The notes: generated by a model not told the origin, from the sequence alone. A stretch of 64,000 nucleotides of DNA from Eubacteriales bacterium (GCA_045657265.1 JAZOSU010000015.1:7826-71825); one strand, 5' to 3'; counted from the first letter of the stretch, positions 10,059-19,924 are shown. Translations and numbers: made by a program.

Positions 10059-10723
10059 TGTCTCTTGTATATCCTCAGCGCTGTATTTTTTGCGGAAACG
10101 TCGTTAAAGATAAAATTATAATTTGTAATGACTGCATTGGCAGTGTAAAACCTATAGGAGATAATATCTGTTTAAGCTGTGGAGTTGATAAAGAATATTG
10201 TAGTTGTAAAGTGGGTGACTTTGCTTTTTTACGGCATATATCCTATTTTTATTATGAAGGCGCTGTTAAAACACTTGTTAAAAGGTTTAAATTCCGTAAT
10301 ACGCCTCAGCTTGTGTCAATTATGTCAGATTATATGGCAAACAGAATAAATGACAAGTATAATGACTTTACATTTGATTTTATAACTTTTGTGCCAAGCA
10401 GTTTAATGAAATTTCTGATTAGAGGGTATAATCCCGCGCAGTTACTTGCTCAGAATATATCGAAAAAGCTTGACATACCTCTTAAAAACGTTTTAGGTGC
10501 AAAGTTCAGACTGCTTCCTCAAAAATATAGTAAACAGAACAGACGAAAAAGTGTAAAAGGGAAGTTTTATGTCAAAAATATCGATATAAAAGACAAACGC
10601 ATTTTGCTTATCGACGATATTATGACAAGCGGCTCAACTATGAGCGAGTGTGCCCGTGTTATGAAAAGAGCGGGGGCTAAAGAAATTTTGTGTTCAACTT
10701 TTGCAATTACTTGTAAAAAATAA
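10058..10723 (+). CDS. comFC: ComF family protein (phosphoribosyltransferase fold)
   Basis: 221 aa. N-terminal CxxC...CxxC zinc finger, PRTase motif ILLIDDIMTSGST. 1-nt overlap with the recD2 stop. Confidence 0.85.
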   Translation: MSLVYPQRCIFCGNVVKDKIIICNDCIGSVKPIGDNICLSCGVDKEYCSCKVGDFAFLRHISYFYYEGAVKTLVKRFKFRNTPQLVSIMSDYMANRINDKYNDFTFDFITFVPSSLMKFLIRGYNPAQLLAQNISKKLDIPLKNVLGAKFRLLPQKYSKQNRRKSVKGKFYVKNIDIKDKRILLIDDIMTSGSTMSECARVMKRAGAKEILCSTFAITCKK

Positions 10724-10752
10724 TTGAATAATAAGTTTATATGTTATATAAT
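10724..10752 (+). promoter_or_regulatory. candidate sigma-A promoter for mreB (TTGAAT-17-TATAAT)
   Basis: -35 at 10724-10729, 17-nt spacer, -10 TATAAT at 10747-10752. Confidence 0.5.
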
Positions 10753-10784
10753 ACTTTTGATAATGTATTTTAAGGAGAAAAATA

Positions 10785-11810
10785 ATGATAGGACAAGACG
10801 TCGGAATAGATTTAGGTACCGCTACAGTACTTGTGTACGTAAAAGGTAAAGGTATTGTTCTTAAAGAGCCAAGTGTTGTGGCTATTGACAGAAATTCAAA
10901 AAAAGTTCTTGCAGTCGGTGAAGCGGCAAGAAAAATGGTTGGTAGAACACCGGGAAATATAGTTGCTATAAGACCTCTTCGTGATGGTGTTATTTCGGAT
11001 TATGAAACAACAGAAAAAATGATAAAGTATTTTCTTTCGCGTGTTGTTAAATCTTCTTTCTTCAAACCACGTGTTATAATATGTGTTCCTTCAGGTGTAA
11101 CTGAAGTTGAAGAAATGGCAGTAGAAGAAGCCGCAAGAAATGCAGGCGCTAAATACGTAGGACTTATCGAAGAACCAAAAGCTGCTGCAATCGGCGCAGG
11201 TATCAGCATTGAAAAACCGAACGGTAATATTGTTGTTGATATCGGTGGCGGTACTGCAGATATAGCAGTTTTGTCACTTGGTGAAGTGGTTATTTCCGAT
11301 TCAATAAAAATGGGAGGAGATAAATTTGATGATTCTATCGTAAGATATATTAAAAGAGTATATAACGTTCTTATCGGTGAACGCACGGCGGAAAGTATAA
11401 AACAGGAAATTGGTTGCGTTTATAAACAACCTGCTGTTGAAAAAATGCTAATCAAAGGCAGATGCCTTCTTACAGGTCTTCCTAAATCAATAGAAATTGA
11501 TTCTAAGGAAATAATGCAGCCACTTCAGGAATGCGCTTTAAGTATTGTAGATACCATTCATACTGTTCTTGAAAAAACACCACCTGAGCTTGTTGGTGAT
11601 ATATATCAGAACGGTATAGTTATGACAGGAGGCGGCTCTCTCATAAAAGGTTTTGATAAACTGATAGAAAGTAAAATCGGTATTACAACCCGCGTGGCTG
11701 ATGATGCAGTATCCTGTGTTGCAATAGGTACAGGTAAAGCTCTTGATTATATTGACAGACAGGAAAAACTTGATACGTCATTCTTTACGAAAACTAAAAA
11801 ACGTTTCTAA
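10785..11810 (+). CDS. mreB: rod shape-determining actin-like protein MreB/Mbl
   Basis: 341 aa. GIDLGTATVLVY and DIGGGTADIAV actin-fold phosphate motifs. Confidence 0.95.
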   Translation: MIGQDVGIDLGTATVLVYVKGKGIVLKEPSVVAIDRNSKKVLAVGEAARKMVGRTPGNIVAIRPLRDGVISDYETTEKMIKYFLSRVVKSSFFKPRVIICVPSGVTEVEEMAVEEAARNAGAKYVGLIEEPKAAAIGAGISIEKPNGNIVVDIGGGTADIAVLSLGEVVISDSIKMGGDKFDDSIVRYIKRVYNVLIGERTAESIKQEIGCVYKQPAVEKMLIKGRCLLTGLPKSIEIDSKEIMQPLQECALSIVDTIHTVLEKTPPELVGDIYQNGIVMTGGGSLIKGFDKLIESKIGITTRVADDAVSCVAIGTGKALDYIDRQEKLDTSFFTKTKKRF

Positions 11811-11815
11811 AAATC

Positions 11816-11855
11816 AAAAGTGTAAAGTATCACAATGGATACTTTACACTTTTTT
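11816..11855. terminator. bidirectional intrinsic terminator (mreB / GDPD gene)
   Basis: 16-bp stem (11816-11831 / 11838-11853), 6-nt loop, A-run 5' and T-run 3'. The stop codon of the minus-strand GDPD gene (11844-11846) lies inside the stem. Confidence 0.75.
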
Positions 11856-12662
11856 GTTTGGTATGAAGTTTTCAAAAATATAAATACTGTATTTATTCAG
11901 ACAATTATCAAGTTCATTTTGTGAACTGATTGTCCACCCTGCAGAAATTGCACCTAATTTAATGCATATGCGCCTTGCAAAACTTTTGAAGTATTTGTTT
12001 TCGTATGAGATGAAATCAGGTCTGGATAAAAAATTAAGGAGTAAAAGACCGCATATTGCTTCAAGTATATTTATTTTTTTGTTTCTTGCTAAAAAGTTGG
12101 TGGAAAGCTGACCTCTGCAAACTTCCGCTCTGTTTAATTTGTACCATCTTATAGCTAATGGATTAAACGACTGAACAATGTACGGAACATCATATTTTTT
12201 TAGTATCTCATCGGCTTTTTCACAAAGTGATTTGTAATTTTTTGTGTTGCATTTGAATTCAATAACAAGCATAGTTTTGTCATTTGCTATTTTCAACAGT
12301 TGCTCTAACGTGGGTATTTTTTCGCTTGTTCCGCAGAGAGTATATTCTGAAAGTTCTTCCAAAGTGGTGTCTTCAATTATTTTATCAACTTTGCATACTC
12401 TTTTTAAGTTGTCGTCGTGAAAAATTACCACCTGACCGTCTTTTGTTAAATGAATGTCAATTTCAATAGCAAATCCGTGTTTCATTGCGTTTTTAAAAGA
12501 TAATATTGAATTTTCAGGAATGCCTTGTTCTATGTTGTGAAGTCCGCGGTGTGCAACGTAAAGGTTGTTAATATTCTGCTTTTGGGGATGTTTTCGAATT
12601 GCGGGAGATATAAGAAATAAATATAGGAGAACTATGAAAGCAATAATTATAAAAAACCACAT
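11844..12662 (-). CDS. membrane-anchored glycerophosphodiester phosphodiesterase family protein
   Basis: 272 aa. N-terminal TM helix. GDPD motifs AHRGL..ENS and EIDIHLTKDGQVVIFHDD. Confidence 0.85.
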   Translation of the reverse strand: MWFFIIIAFIVLLYLFLISPAIRKHPQKQNINNLYVAHRGLHNIEQGIPENSILSFKNAMKHGFAIEIDIHLTKDGQVVIFHDDNLKRVCKVDKIIEDTTLEELSEYTLCGTSEKIPTLEQLLKIANDKTMLVIEFKCNTKNYKSLCEKADEILKKYDVPYIVQSFNPLAIRWYKLNRAEVCRGQLSTNFLARNKKINILEAICGLLLLNFLSRPDFISYENKYFKSFARRICIKLGAISAGWTISSQNELDNCLNKYSIYIFENFIPNKKV

Positions 12663-12664
12663 AA

Positions 12665-13972
12665 TCAGTCCTCCGTATCAAAACTTTCAAGAATACTTTT
12701 TTTAGATGCGGGTTTGACGTCTCCGTGCTTTACAAAACACATTGTAACAAATGAAAATACGGTAAATAGTACGGCATATGGGAATAATACAGAATAACCA
12801 AAACCTAAATTGTCAATGAGATATCCTGAAAGCAGTGGCGTGAGAATCTGCGCCGCCATTGAAAAAGCATAATAATAACCTGTGTATTTACCTATATCGG
12901 AATTACCGCTCATTTCCACAACCATAGGGAATGAGTTAACGTTAATTGCTGCCCAGCCTATGCCTACAACACCGAATATAACGTACATAATAGCAGATGG
13001 CTTTGTTATGAAACAAGCAATAGCATAGCATATCGCCATAAGTGTTATACCAAAAAGAATAGTTTTTTTGCGTCCAAGTAATGATGAAAGAAAACCAAGG
13101 GGGACGAAAGCTATTATTGCAACAATGGTTGCGGCTAAAAGATAACTTGATGAAGCGCTCAGATCAACGTTCCATATGCTTACGCAATATCGTGAAAAAG
13201 CTGTTGTTACTGCGTTGTATGACATAAACCATAAAAACACCGATATCAAAAGAAGAATAAGACTTGTAAAAACAGGTTTTGGCATTTTTTTGCCTTTGTT
13301 TGCAGTTTCAGACTCGTCATCTGCAACCAAATGTCTTGTTTCTTTTAGTATTTTGTTTTCGTTGGTAAATATCAGCATAACTGCTACTGTCAGTAGCATA
13401 AAAGCAGATACGACAACGAAAATAGGAGTAAAGGACTGATTTGCAGAATAAACAGATTCTCCTGCAGCATTTTTTTCACTTTTGAGTAAAAACATCATTG
13501 AGATAGTAGAAAAAATACCGCCGATGTATCCCACTAAGTTTATTATGGCATTTCCTTTTGAACGAAGAGGTTTTGGAGTAACATCAGGCATATAAGCGAC
13601 AGTGGGAGATCGGTAAATGCTCATAATAAATAAAAGAGCAAAAAGTGTGACAAAGAATCCGTAAAAATTAATTTTGCTCACCGTTATTGAAAGTATGTTA
13701 ACTGCAATAACAGCAGCTATTGTGCCGAATAAAATATATGGAGTTCTTTTTCCGAGCTTTGTATTTGTTTTGTCAGAAAGTTTGCCGAAAAGAGGGAGCA
13801 TAAATATAGCCAGTATATTGTCGATGGCCATAATTGCATTTGCGGAAAAGGTATTTATCTTAAATACGTATTCTAATAAATACGGTATTACCTGATCGTA
13901 AAATTGCCAAAAAGATAGTATTGATGCAAATGCAAGTCCAATTAATATAGTTCTTTTGTAATTAAGTTTCAT
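12665..13972 (-). CDS. MFS transporter, GPH/SLC45-like
   Basis: 435 aa, about 12 TM. GKLSDKTNTKLGKRTPYILFG resembles the GPH-family loop 2-3 signature. Confidence 0.75.
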   Translation of the reverse strand: MKLNYKRTILIGLAFASILSFWQFYDQVIPYLLEYVFKINTFSANAIMAIDNILAIFMLPLFGKLSDKTNTKLGKRTPYILFGTIAAVIAVNILSITVSKINFYGFFVTLFALLFIMSIYRSPTVAYMPDVTPKPLRSKGNAIINLVGYIGGIFSTISMMFLLKSEKNAAGESVYSANQSFTPIFVVVSAFMLLTVAVMLIFTNENKILKETRHLVADDESETANKGKKMPKPVFTSLILLLISVFLWFMSYNAVTTAFSRYCVSIWNVDLSASSSYLLAATIVAIIAFVPLGFLSSLLGRKKTILFGITLMAICYAIACFITKPSAIMYVIFGVVGIGWAAINVNSFPMVVEMSGNSDIGKYTGYYYAFSMAAQILTPLLSGYLIDNLGFGYSVLFPYAVLFTVFSFVTMCFVKHGDVKPASKKSILESFDTED

Positions 13973-14007
13973 AGGTTTTCTCTTTCTTGTTTTTTAGTTA
14001 TTATTAG

Positions 14008-14038
14008 CAAAAAAAGCGGTATTAAACCGCTTTTTTAA
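14008..14038 (-). terminator. intrinsic terminator between the PAP2-like gene and the MFS gene
   Basis: Minus-strand RNA reads AAAAAAGCGG-UUUAAUA-CCGCUUUUUUU. The PAP2-like gene stop codon (14022-14024) sits in the loop. Confidence 0.55.
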
Positions 14039-14681
14039 TAAAGTTCAATTTAGTTTTGTAAGAGAGAAAATAAAGCGGAATCGAAAGAAGTATTGCACCG
14101 TAAACATCTACAATAGAGTGCTGTTTTACAAACACGGTTGAAAGCACAATGAGAACCATTAATATAAACGATACAATAACTACAGGCTTTCTGTATTTGC
14201 CTAAAAATTTTGATTTTGCAAGGGCAATGTGCATTCCTATTGAATTCAGACAGTGAATACTGGGAAAGACATTGAAAGGAGTGTCTCCGTTTTGCAGAAA
14301 GCGTATAGCATCAATAAGTATGTTATTTCTTCCGAGATTTTCGTAATCTATGCGGAGCTGTTGTCCGTTTGGAAATACAGTGTATATAATCAGACAAACA
14401 GTCATTCCTGTATAAAGGAAAATGCACATACGAACAAACTCTTCTCTGGATACTAAAAGTAAAAATGCGTATCCTGCTGCTATGTATGCAAACCATATGA
14501 AATACGGTATTACAAATAATTCACAAAATGGAATAAGATCATCAAGTTTGCTATACATCATAGTTACGTGCTCTCTTTGAGGTGTAAACTCATTGAGAAA
14601 CATAAAATATGGCATATAAAGAGCAAAATACAAAAGAAGTATTCCGTGTTTGTATTTTTTAATAAATTGTTTAAGTGTCAT
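14022..14681 (-). CDS. PAP2-superfamily membrane protein (sphingomyelin-synthase / IPC-synthase-like subgroup)
   Basis: 219 aa, about 6 TM. PSIHCLNS ... KQHSIVDV resembles the PAP2 C2/C3 His and Asp motifs. Confidence 0.6.
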   Translation of the reverse strand: MTLKQFIKKYKHGILLLYFALYMPYFMFLNEFTPQREHVTMMYSKLDDLIPFCELFVIPYFIWFAYIAAGYAFLLLVSREEFVRMCIFLYTGMTVCLIIYTVFPNGQQLRIDYENLGRNNILIDAIRFLQNGDTPFNVFPSIHCLNSIGMHIALAKSKFLGKYRKPVVIVSFILMVLIVLSTVFVKQHSIVDVYGAILLSIPLYFLSYKTKLNFIKKAV

Positions 14682-14683
14682 GC

Positions 14684-15706
14684 TTAGTTGAATTTGTAAA
14701 CCTTTCTTGCTATGCGATATATGAATCTTGCAAACGCTTTTCCGCCTTTGCCGGGTAATGCCATAAAGAAGGCTTTTGAAAAATATCTGATTCTTTTGTA
14801 AAGCACATAATCTGTAGTTTTAAGCTTGTTCCAGAATTCTTTGGATTTTTCATCAAGCTCTGCTCTTCCGTCCATAGCAAAAAGTGTGGCAGTTATGGTG
14901 TACATAATTGATAGATAATAAGCCATATATTTTGCAAGTTTAGGAGAAAGTGATTTGATTTTATTAAGATTGTGAGATTCAAGCAATAAATTGGTGACGT
15001 AAATCTGCTGATCTATTCTTTTCACCATAACGTTTCCGTTAACAGACTGGTCAGGACGACCTGTGTAATATCTGTAAAAATCAGTATCTAAATAATAAAG
15101 ATTTTTTGTGAGCGGGAGAGGTATATATAAAACAAGATTATCTACGTAGAAAGTATGTTTCGGAAGCTCAACACCGCTTTTTCTTAAAATTTCGGTTCTG
15201 TATGTAACAGAATGCATAATTATGTATCTTACAGGGTCAATTCGTTTCATTTCGTCCCAAGAAAAAATTCTGTTTTCGGGGAATAAACCTCTGTAATGAA
15301 TTATATTTTGTTTTCCGTCTTCGATATGTTCATATACGTAATTTGATATAAGAAGATCAATGGGTGTACCTGCATCTAAATTATGCTTTAATACGTTGAT
15401 AATTGATTTTAAAGACTTTTCATCAACCCAGTCATCTGAATCAACAACTTTAAAGTATTCGGATGTTGCGGCGGCAAGACCAGCATTAACTCCGGCACCG
15501 TGTCCGCCGTTTTCCTGATGAATTGCTTTTACAGTATCAGGGTATTCTTTTGCATATCTGTCAGCAATTTCTCCTGTTTTATCTTTTGAACCGTCGTTGA
15601 CGATTATTATTTCAACGTCGTCTTTGGCAGAAAGCAGAGAGTTTATGCATTTTTCCATATATTTTTGTGAGTTGTAACAAGGTACAACAAATGATATAAG
15701 TTTCAT
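14684..15706 (-). CDS. family 2 glycosyltransferase
   Basis: 340 aa. VVPCYNSQKYM, VNDGSKD, DSDD (DxD) motifs. Amphipathic, hydrophobic C-terminal third. Confidence 0.85.
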   Translation of the reverse strand: MKLISFVVPCYNSQKYMEKCINSLLSAKDDVEIIIVNDGSKDKTGEIADRYAKEYPDTVKAIHQENGGHGAGVNAGLAAATSEYFKVVDSDDWVDEKSLKSIINVLKHNLDAGTPIDLLISNYVYEHIEDGKQNIIHYRGLFPENRIFSWDEMKRIDPVRYIIMHSVTYRTEILRKSGVELPKHTFYVDNLVLYIPLPLTKNLYYLDTDFYRYYTGRPDQSVNGNVMVKRIDQQIYVTNLLLESHNLNKIKSLSPKLAKYMAYYLSIMYTITATLFAMDGRAELDEKSKEFWNKLKTTDYVLYKRIRYFSKAFFMALPGKGGKAFARFIYRIARKVYKFN

Positions 15707-15750
15707 TTTCAGACTCCAAAACGTCTATGATTTTATTTTTTAGCGAAAAT

Positions 15751-15779
15751 ATTGTAACACAAAATATATCAAAAATCAA
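15751..15779 (-). promoter_or_regulatory. candidate sigma-A promoter for the GT2 cluster (TTGATT-17-TGTTACAAT)
   Basis: Minus strand reads TTGATT (15779-15774), 17-nt spacer, extended -10 TGT-TACAAT (-10 hexamer at 15756-15751). Confidence 0.5.
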
Positions 15780-15785
15780 TAAATA

Positions 15786-16856
15786 TTAAATTTCATTAAT
15801 AAACTCTTTCAAATAATTATCTGTTTTTGAAAAATCAATGGCATCTATATAATATTTTTCCAAATCGTCGTGTTTTTGCTTTATTGTTTTAAGTTCGTCA
15901 TAAACAGATAACAGTAGTTCCTTGGAGAGCTTCTTATTAAAATTCAGTTTGTTTTTGTTTTCTGCATATACATGTTTATTTAGGATACTTTTTGTTGTTA
16001 TTTTTTTTGATATTTTATTTTCGTCTACGTCGGGCGAAAAAAGGTGTCCTGTTGTAATGAGACCAAGCTTTAAATCGGGTATGATTATTTGTTCCAATCT
16101 GGATTCGGGTAATAAGGGAGAATGTATACGAATAGTGTCATAACCCATTTTGGTAAAAATATTTGCAGCTTTTAAAAGTATTATGTTAGCAATTCCAGGA
16201 TTATCTTCAATTAATACTATATTTTCACATAGTTTATCTGTGGTTTCTGATATTGTGTATATTCCGTCTTTAGTAAATGCAGATAACATTCTGTTGTGAA
16301 TTTTAGCCGATGAATTTTTTGGTAATAATGCATTTTGTTTTATGATTTTTTTGATTATACAATTTACTTTTTCTAAGTCAATATACGGTTCAAAAAGAAA
16401 ATATTTCTGAACTTCAATACCGCCGATGATTTTAAGCAGTGAGTACACGTAACGGTATTTTAAAGATATTTCGTCAGAAATTGATTTAATGTCGTCAAAT
16501 TTTTCTGAGAGTTTTTCTGTGTTCCAGAATTTACTCAGATCAATGATATTGTCATATGCACCGGGATACTTCATATCAAATGCATGGGGTGACGTTGCGT
16601 CAATAATAACAATTCCTTTTTCAAATATTTTTATTCCGTCAAGACTGTCTTTATCACTTGAACAACGTATTCTTTCTACAGTGAAACCTTTTTTATCGAA
16701 TATATCTGATATTTTTTTCATGAATGTACTTTTTCCGCAGCCGGGACCGCCTTTTATCAGATAAGCTTTTTTTACATCTTCAGAATATAGTAATTCATTG
16801 AAATATGAGAAAAAACCTTTCGCTGTATTTGCTGCAGTAAATGTATCGTAAACCAT
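15786..16856 (-). CDS. uncharacterised P-loop NTPase
   Basis: 356 aa. Walker A GGPGCGKST, Walker-B-like GIVIIDAT. The rest has no motif I can name. Confidence 0.6.
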   Translation of the reverse strand: MVYDTFTAANTAKGFFSYFNELLYSEDVKKAYLIKGGPGCGKSTFMKKISDIFDKKGFTVERIRCSSDKDSLDGIKIFEKGIVIIDATSPHAFDMKYPGAYDNIIDLSKFWNTEKLSEKFDDIKSISDEISLKYRYVYSLLKIIGGIEVQKYFLFEPYIDLEKVNCIIKKIIKQNALLPKNSSAKIHNRMLSAFTKDGIYTISETTDKLCENIVLIEDNPGIANIILLKAANIFTKMGYDTIRIHSPLLPESRLEQIIIPDLKLGLITTGHLFSPDVDENKISKKITTKSILNKHVYAENKNKLNFNKKLSKELLLSVYDELKTIKQKHDDLEKYYIDAIDFSKTDNYLKEFINEI

Positions 16857-16954
16857 AAAATCACCTCTGTTTTCATAATATAGCGAAAATTTGCTCGGTG
16901 ATACAGTTAATTTGAAATAGACCTGTCAATACTAATAGTATGGAGGTAATTTCA

Positions 16955-17728
16955 GTGGTAAATAAAAACAAGGTAGTAATTAGCGGGATAGATACATCTA
17001 AGCTTCCCGTGCTTAGCAACGAGAGAAAAAACGAACTACTTTTAAAAATAAAAGAGGGTGATAAAGAGGCAAAAGATGAATTTATAAAAGGTAATCTGCG
17101 ACTGGTATTGTCAATAGTTCAGAGATTTGCAGGCAGAGGAGAGAGCATGGATGATCTTTTTCAGGTGGGATGTATCGGTCTGATAAAGAGCGCTGAAAAT
17201 TTTGATGTCACCCTCGGTTTGCAATTTTCTACTTATGGGGTGCCTATGATTTTAGGAGAGATAAGGAGATATCTAAGGGACAATAATATGGTAAGAGTAT
17301 CAAGAGCAATGAGAGATGTTGCTTATAAGGCTCTTGCGGTAAGAGAACGTCTTATGTCTCAAAATTCAAAAGAACCCACGGCGGAAGAAATTGCAAAAGA
17401 ACTTGAAGTGAAAAAAGAAGATGTTATTATGGCGTTGGAATCAATAGTAGACCCTGTTTCATTGTTTGAACCTGTTTATTCTGAGGGGTCTGATGCGATC
17501 TATGTAATGGATCAGGTAAGTGACGGAAGCAGTGACGGCAACTGGCTTGATGAAATAGTAATTAAAGAAGCTATAGCATCTTTACCCGAGCGGGAAAAAG
17601 AAATAATTTCCCGTAGATTTTTAGAGGGTAAGACGCAGATTGAAGTTGCCAAAGAAATAGGTATTTCACAAGCTCAGGTAAGTAGACTTGAAAAAGGTGC
17701 TCTTAGCAGAATAAAAAGTCAGCTTTAA
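16955..17728 (+). CDS. sigG: sporulation sigma factor SigG
   Basis: Near-colinear with B. subtilis SigG: KV.I.G.DTSKLPVL, GNLRLVLS..QRF, DDLFQVGCIGL.KS..NFD, FSTY.VPMI.GEIRRYLRDNN, DPVSLFEP.Y, GISQAQVSRLEK. Start taken as GTG 16955, 8 nt after GGAGG. ATG 16940 is the alternative start. Confidence 0.9.
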   Translation: MVNKNKVVISGIDTSKLPVLSNERKNELLLKIKEGDKEAKDEFIKGNLRLVLSIVQRFAGRGESMDDLFQVGCIGLIKSAENFDVTLGLQFSTYGVPMILGEIRRYLRDNNMVRVSRAMRDVAYKALAVRERLMSQNSKEPTAEEIAKELEVKKEDVIMALESIVDPVSLFEPVYSEGSDAIYVMDQVSDGSSDGNWLDEIVIKEAIASLPEREKEIISRRFLEGKTQIEVAKEIGISQAQVSRLEKGALSRIKSQL

Positions 17729-17782
17729 CAAAATTAAGCACACCTGAATAGGATAGTTATATAAACTGTTTGGGTGTGTTTT

Positions 17783-18361
17783 ATGCGGCTTAAAGTGATT
17801 GATGAAAATAAAGTAAAAATCCTTATTGAAAACAAAGATTTTGATGAATATTCAGTTCCCGAAGACGTATGCGACTATGAAAAGAGCGCTGTCAGGGAAT
17901 TTATACTGAAACTTCTGAATGAAATATATATTCAGACAGGAATAGATTTCTTTAACAGTAAAGTGTTTTTGGAAATAATACCTGGAACGTCAGATGCTTT
18001 TTATATTGTCATATCTCGTATAAGTAGTGAAAATCAACCATTTCAGTTAACCTCGGTAAAGGCAGACGAAGACATGTATTTGTTTGAACTGTACCATCCT
18101 GAAAATATATTTGATGTTTCAAATCTCATTAATAAACAAAATACACTAAAGGTAGGAAACAGTAAAATGTACAGATATAAGAATAAATACTATATTGCTG
18201 TGTATTTCCCACCTGAAACTGTTTCAGACGCTAAGTTTTATGATCTTATTAAAAAAATAACCGAGTATTCAAAAAAATGCAGATGGAATATTTTAAACGA
18301 GCCTATTCTTGATGAATGGGGAGAGATGATTTCAGATAACATATTTCAAAGTATAAAATAG
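17783..18361 (+). CDS. mecA: MecA-like adaptor protein
   Basis: 192 aa from ATG 17783. N-terminal MRLKVIDENKVKI.. and C-terminal MYRYKNKYYIAVYF ... LDEWGEMI parallel B. subtilis MecA (MEIERINEHTVKF..., LYSFENRYYLYVDF..., LEEYGKLI). Confidence 0.6.
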   Translation: MRLKVIDENKVKILIENKDFDEYSVPEDVCDYEKSAVREFILKLLNEIYIQTGIDFFNSKVFLEIIPGTSDAFYIVISRISSENQPFQLTSVKADEDMYLFELYHPENIFDVSNLINKQNTLKVGNSKMYRYKNKYYIAVYFPPETVSDAKFYDLIKKITEYSKKCRWNILNEPILDEWGEMISDNIFQSIK

Positions 18362-18362
18362 A

Positions 18363-18395
18363 AAGCTCACAGCAATACGCTGTGAGCTTATTTCT
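18363..18395. terminator. bidirectional intrinsic terminator (mecA / eno)
   Basis: 11-bp stem AAGCTCACAGC/GCTGTGAGCTT (18363-18373 / 18379-18389), 5-nt loop, U-rich tail on the plus strand. Confidence 0.7.
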
Positions 18396-19664
18396 TTAAA
18401 TAAAAGCCTGAACTCCCCCGTAGGTTGCCGCTCTTCCGAGAGCAAGTTCTATTTGTAAAAGGCGATTGTATTTTGAAACTCTTTCGCTTCTTGCAGGTGC
18501 ACCTGTTTTGATTTGACCTGCATTTACAGCTACTGCAAGATCAGCAATAAACGAATCAGCGGTTTCTCCGCTTCTGTGTGAAATAACAGTCCTGTAACCA
18601 TTATTTTTTGCAAGGCGGATAGTTTCCATCGTTTCACTTAACGTTCCTATTTGATTAGGTTTTATAAGAATTGTATTTGCTGCATCGTCATCAATACCTC
18701 TTTGTAATCTTACGGGGTTTGTTACAAAAAGATCATCACCTACAATCTGTATAGCTGTTTTTTTAGCAAGAATATTAAATCCTGAAAAATCATTTTCTCC
18801 AAGTGGATCTTCAATAGAAATAATTGGATATTTTTCAATAAGAGAAATAATGTAATCAATCAGTTCTTCTCTTGAAAAGAAAGTGTTTCGTTTTGGCATA
18901 ATATATCCGTTATCACGCGCCCATTCGCTTGTTGCCATATCAAGCGCAATTCTGATATCTTTTCCCGGAGTATATCCGCTTTTCAAAATAGCTTCTGTTA
19001 AAAAATCAAGAGCAGCTATATCATTTTCGAGGTCGGGAGCAAAACCGCCTTCATCACCGATGGATGTTAAATATCCTTTATCTTTTAATAATTTTTTAAG
19101 ACAATGATAAACTTCTGTTCCCATCTGCATAGCTTGTTCAAAGCTTTCAGCACCTGTGGGAACAATCATAAATTCCTGAATATCAATATTATTATCTGCG
19201 TGGGCTCCGCCGTTTAAAATATTCATCATTGGAACGGGTAGGGTACAAGCGTTAATTCCGCCGAGATATTGATAAAGCGGTATATCTGCAGAAAAAGATG
19301 CCCCACGGGCTACTGCAAGAGATACCGCTAAAATTGCATTCGCACCAAGATTTGATTTATTTTCGGTTCCGTCAAGCTCACACATTGTTTTGTCTATGTC
19401 CTGCTGCGCAAAAACCGATTCTCCTTCAAGTGCATTGGAAATAGTTTCATTAATGTTGTTAACGGCATTCATAACTCCGTTGCCACCATATTCGTCTCCG
19501 CCATCACGAAGCTCACATGCTTCATACTGACCTGTAGATGCACCGCTTGGAACGGCTGCACAAGCGGCAATTCCGCTTTCTAAAATAACGGTGGCTTCAA
19601 CAGTTGGCATACCTCTGCTGTCGAAAATCTGTCTGCCTAAAACTTTTTTTATTGTATCTTCCAT
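18396..19664 (-). CDS. eno: enolase
   Basis: 422 aa. [29 protein letters not shown] motifs; GAGGTGA RBS. Confidence 0.97.
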   Translation of the reverse strand: MEDTIKKVLGRQIFDSRGMPTVEATVILESGIAACAAVPSGASTGQYEACELRDGGDEYGGNGVMNAVNNINETISNALEGESVFAQQDIDKTMCELDGTENKSNLGANAILAVSLAVARGASFSADIPLYQYLGGINACTLPVPMMNILNGGAHADNNIDIQEFMIVPTGAESFEQAMQMGTEVYHCLKKLLKDKGYLTSIGDEGGFAPDLENDIAALDFLTEAILKSGYTPGKDIRIALDMATSEWARDNGYIMPKRNTFFSREELIDYIISLIEKYPIISIEDPLGENDFSGFNILAKKTAIQIVGDDLFVTNPVRLQRGIDDDAANTILIKPNQIGTLSETMETIRLAKNNGYRTVISHRSGETADSFIADLAVAVNAGQIKTGAPARSERVSKYNRLLQIELALGRAATYGGVQAFI

Positions 19665-19714
19665 TTATTTCACCTCAGAGTATATTTTGAAATGAAATAA
19701 ATAAATTATACATT

Positions 19715-19924
19715 TTAAAATTCAAAATCTTCTTTTGTATATTCAGAATTTAAATTCGCTTTTTTAGGAGGAATTCTGTTAATGGGTGTGTATTTGAATT
19801 TTTTACATGAATTATCTGGTTTTACTATACCTTTTTTTGAACAGATTATATCATCTGTAGCAATAATTCTTTTTCCGTGTTCACAATATAAACACATTGG
19901 TTCGACGTCTTTTGAAAATATCAT
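19715..19924 (-). CDS. small cysteine-rich hypothetical protein
   Basis: 69 aa. CLYC ... C ... C pattern (MCLYCEHGK..DDIICSKKG..DNSCKKF). Start uncertain: 19924 or the internal Met at 19897. Confidence 0.45.
   Translation of the reverse strand: MIFSKDVEPMCLYCEHGKRIIATDDIICSKKGIVKPDNSCKKFKYTPINRIPPKKANLNSEYTKEDFEF

Noticed and set aside
16857-16954. Forespore-type (sigma-F/G) promoter upstream of sigG
   Set aside because: I could not find a convincing -35 of the G-H-A-T-R type paired with a CAT..TA -10 at proper spacing; the nearest is CAATACTA at about 16924-16931. Too weak to annotate.
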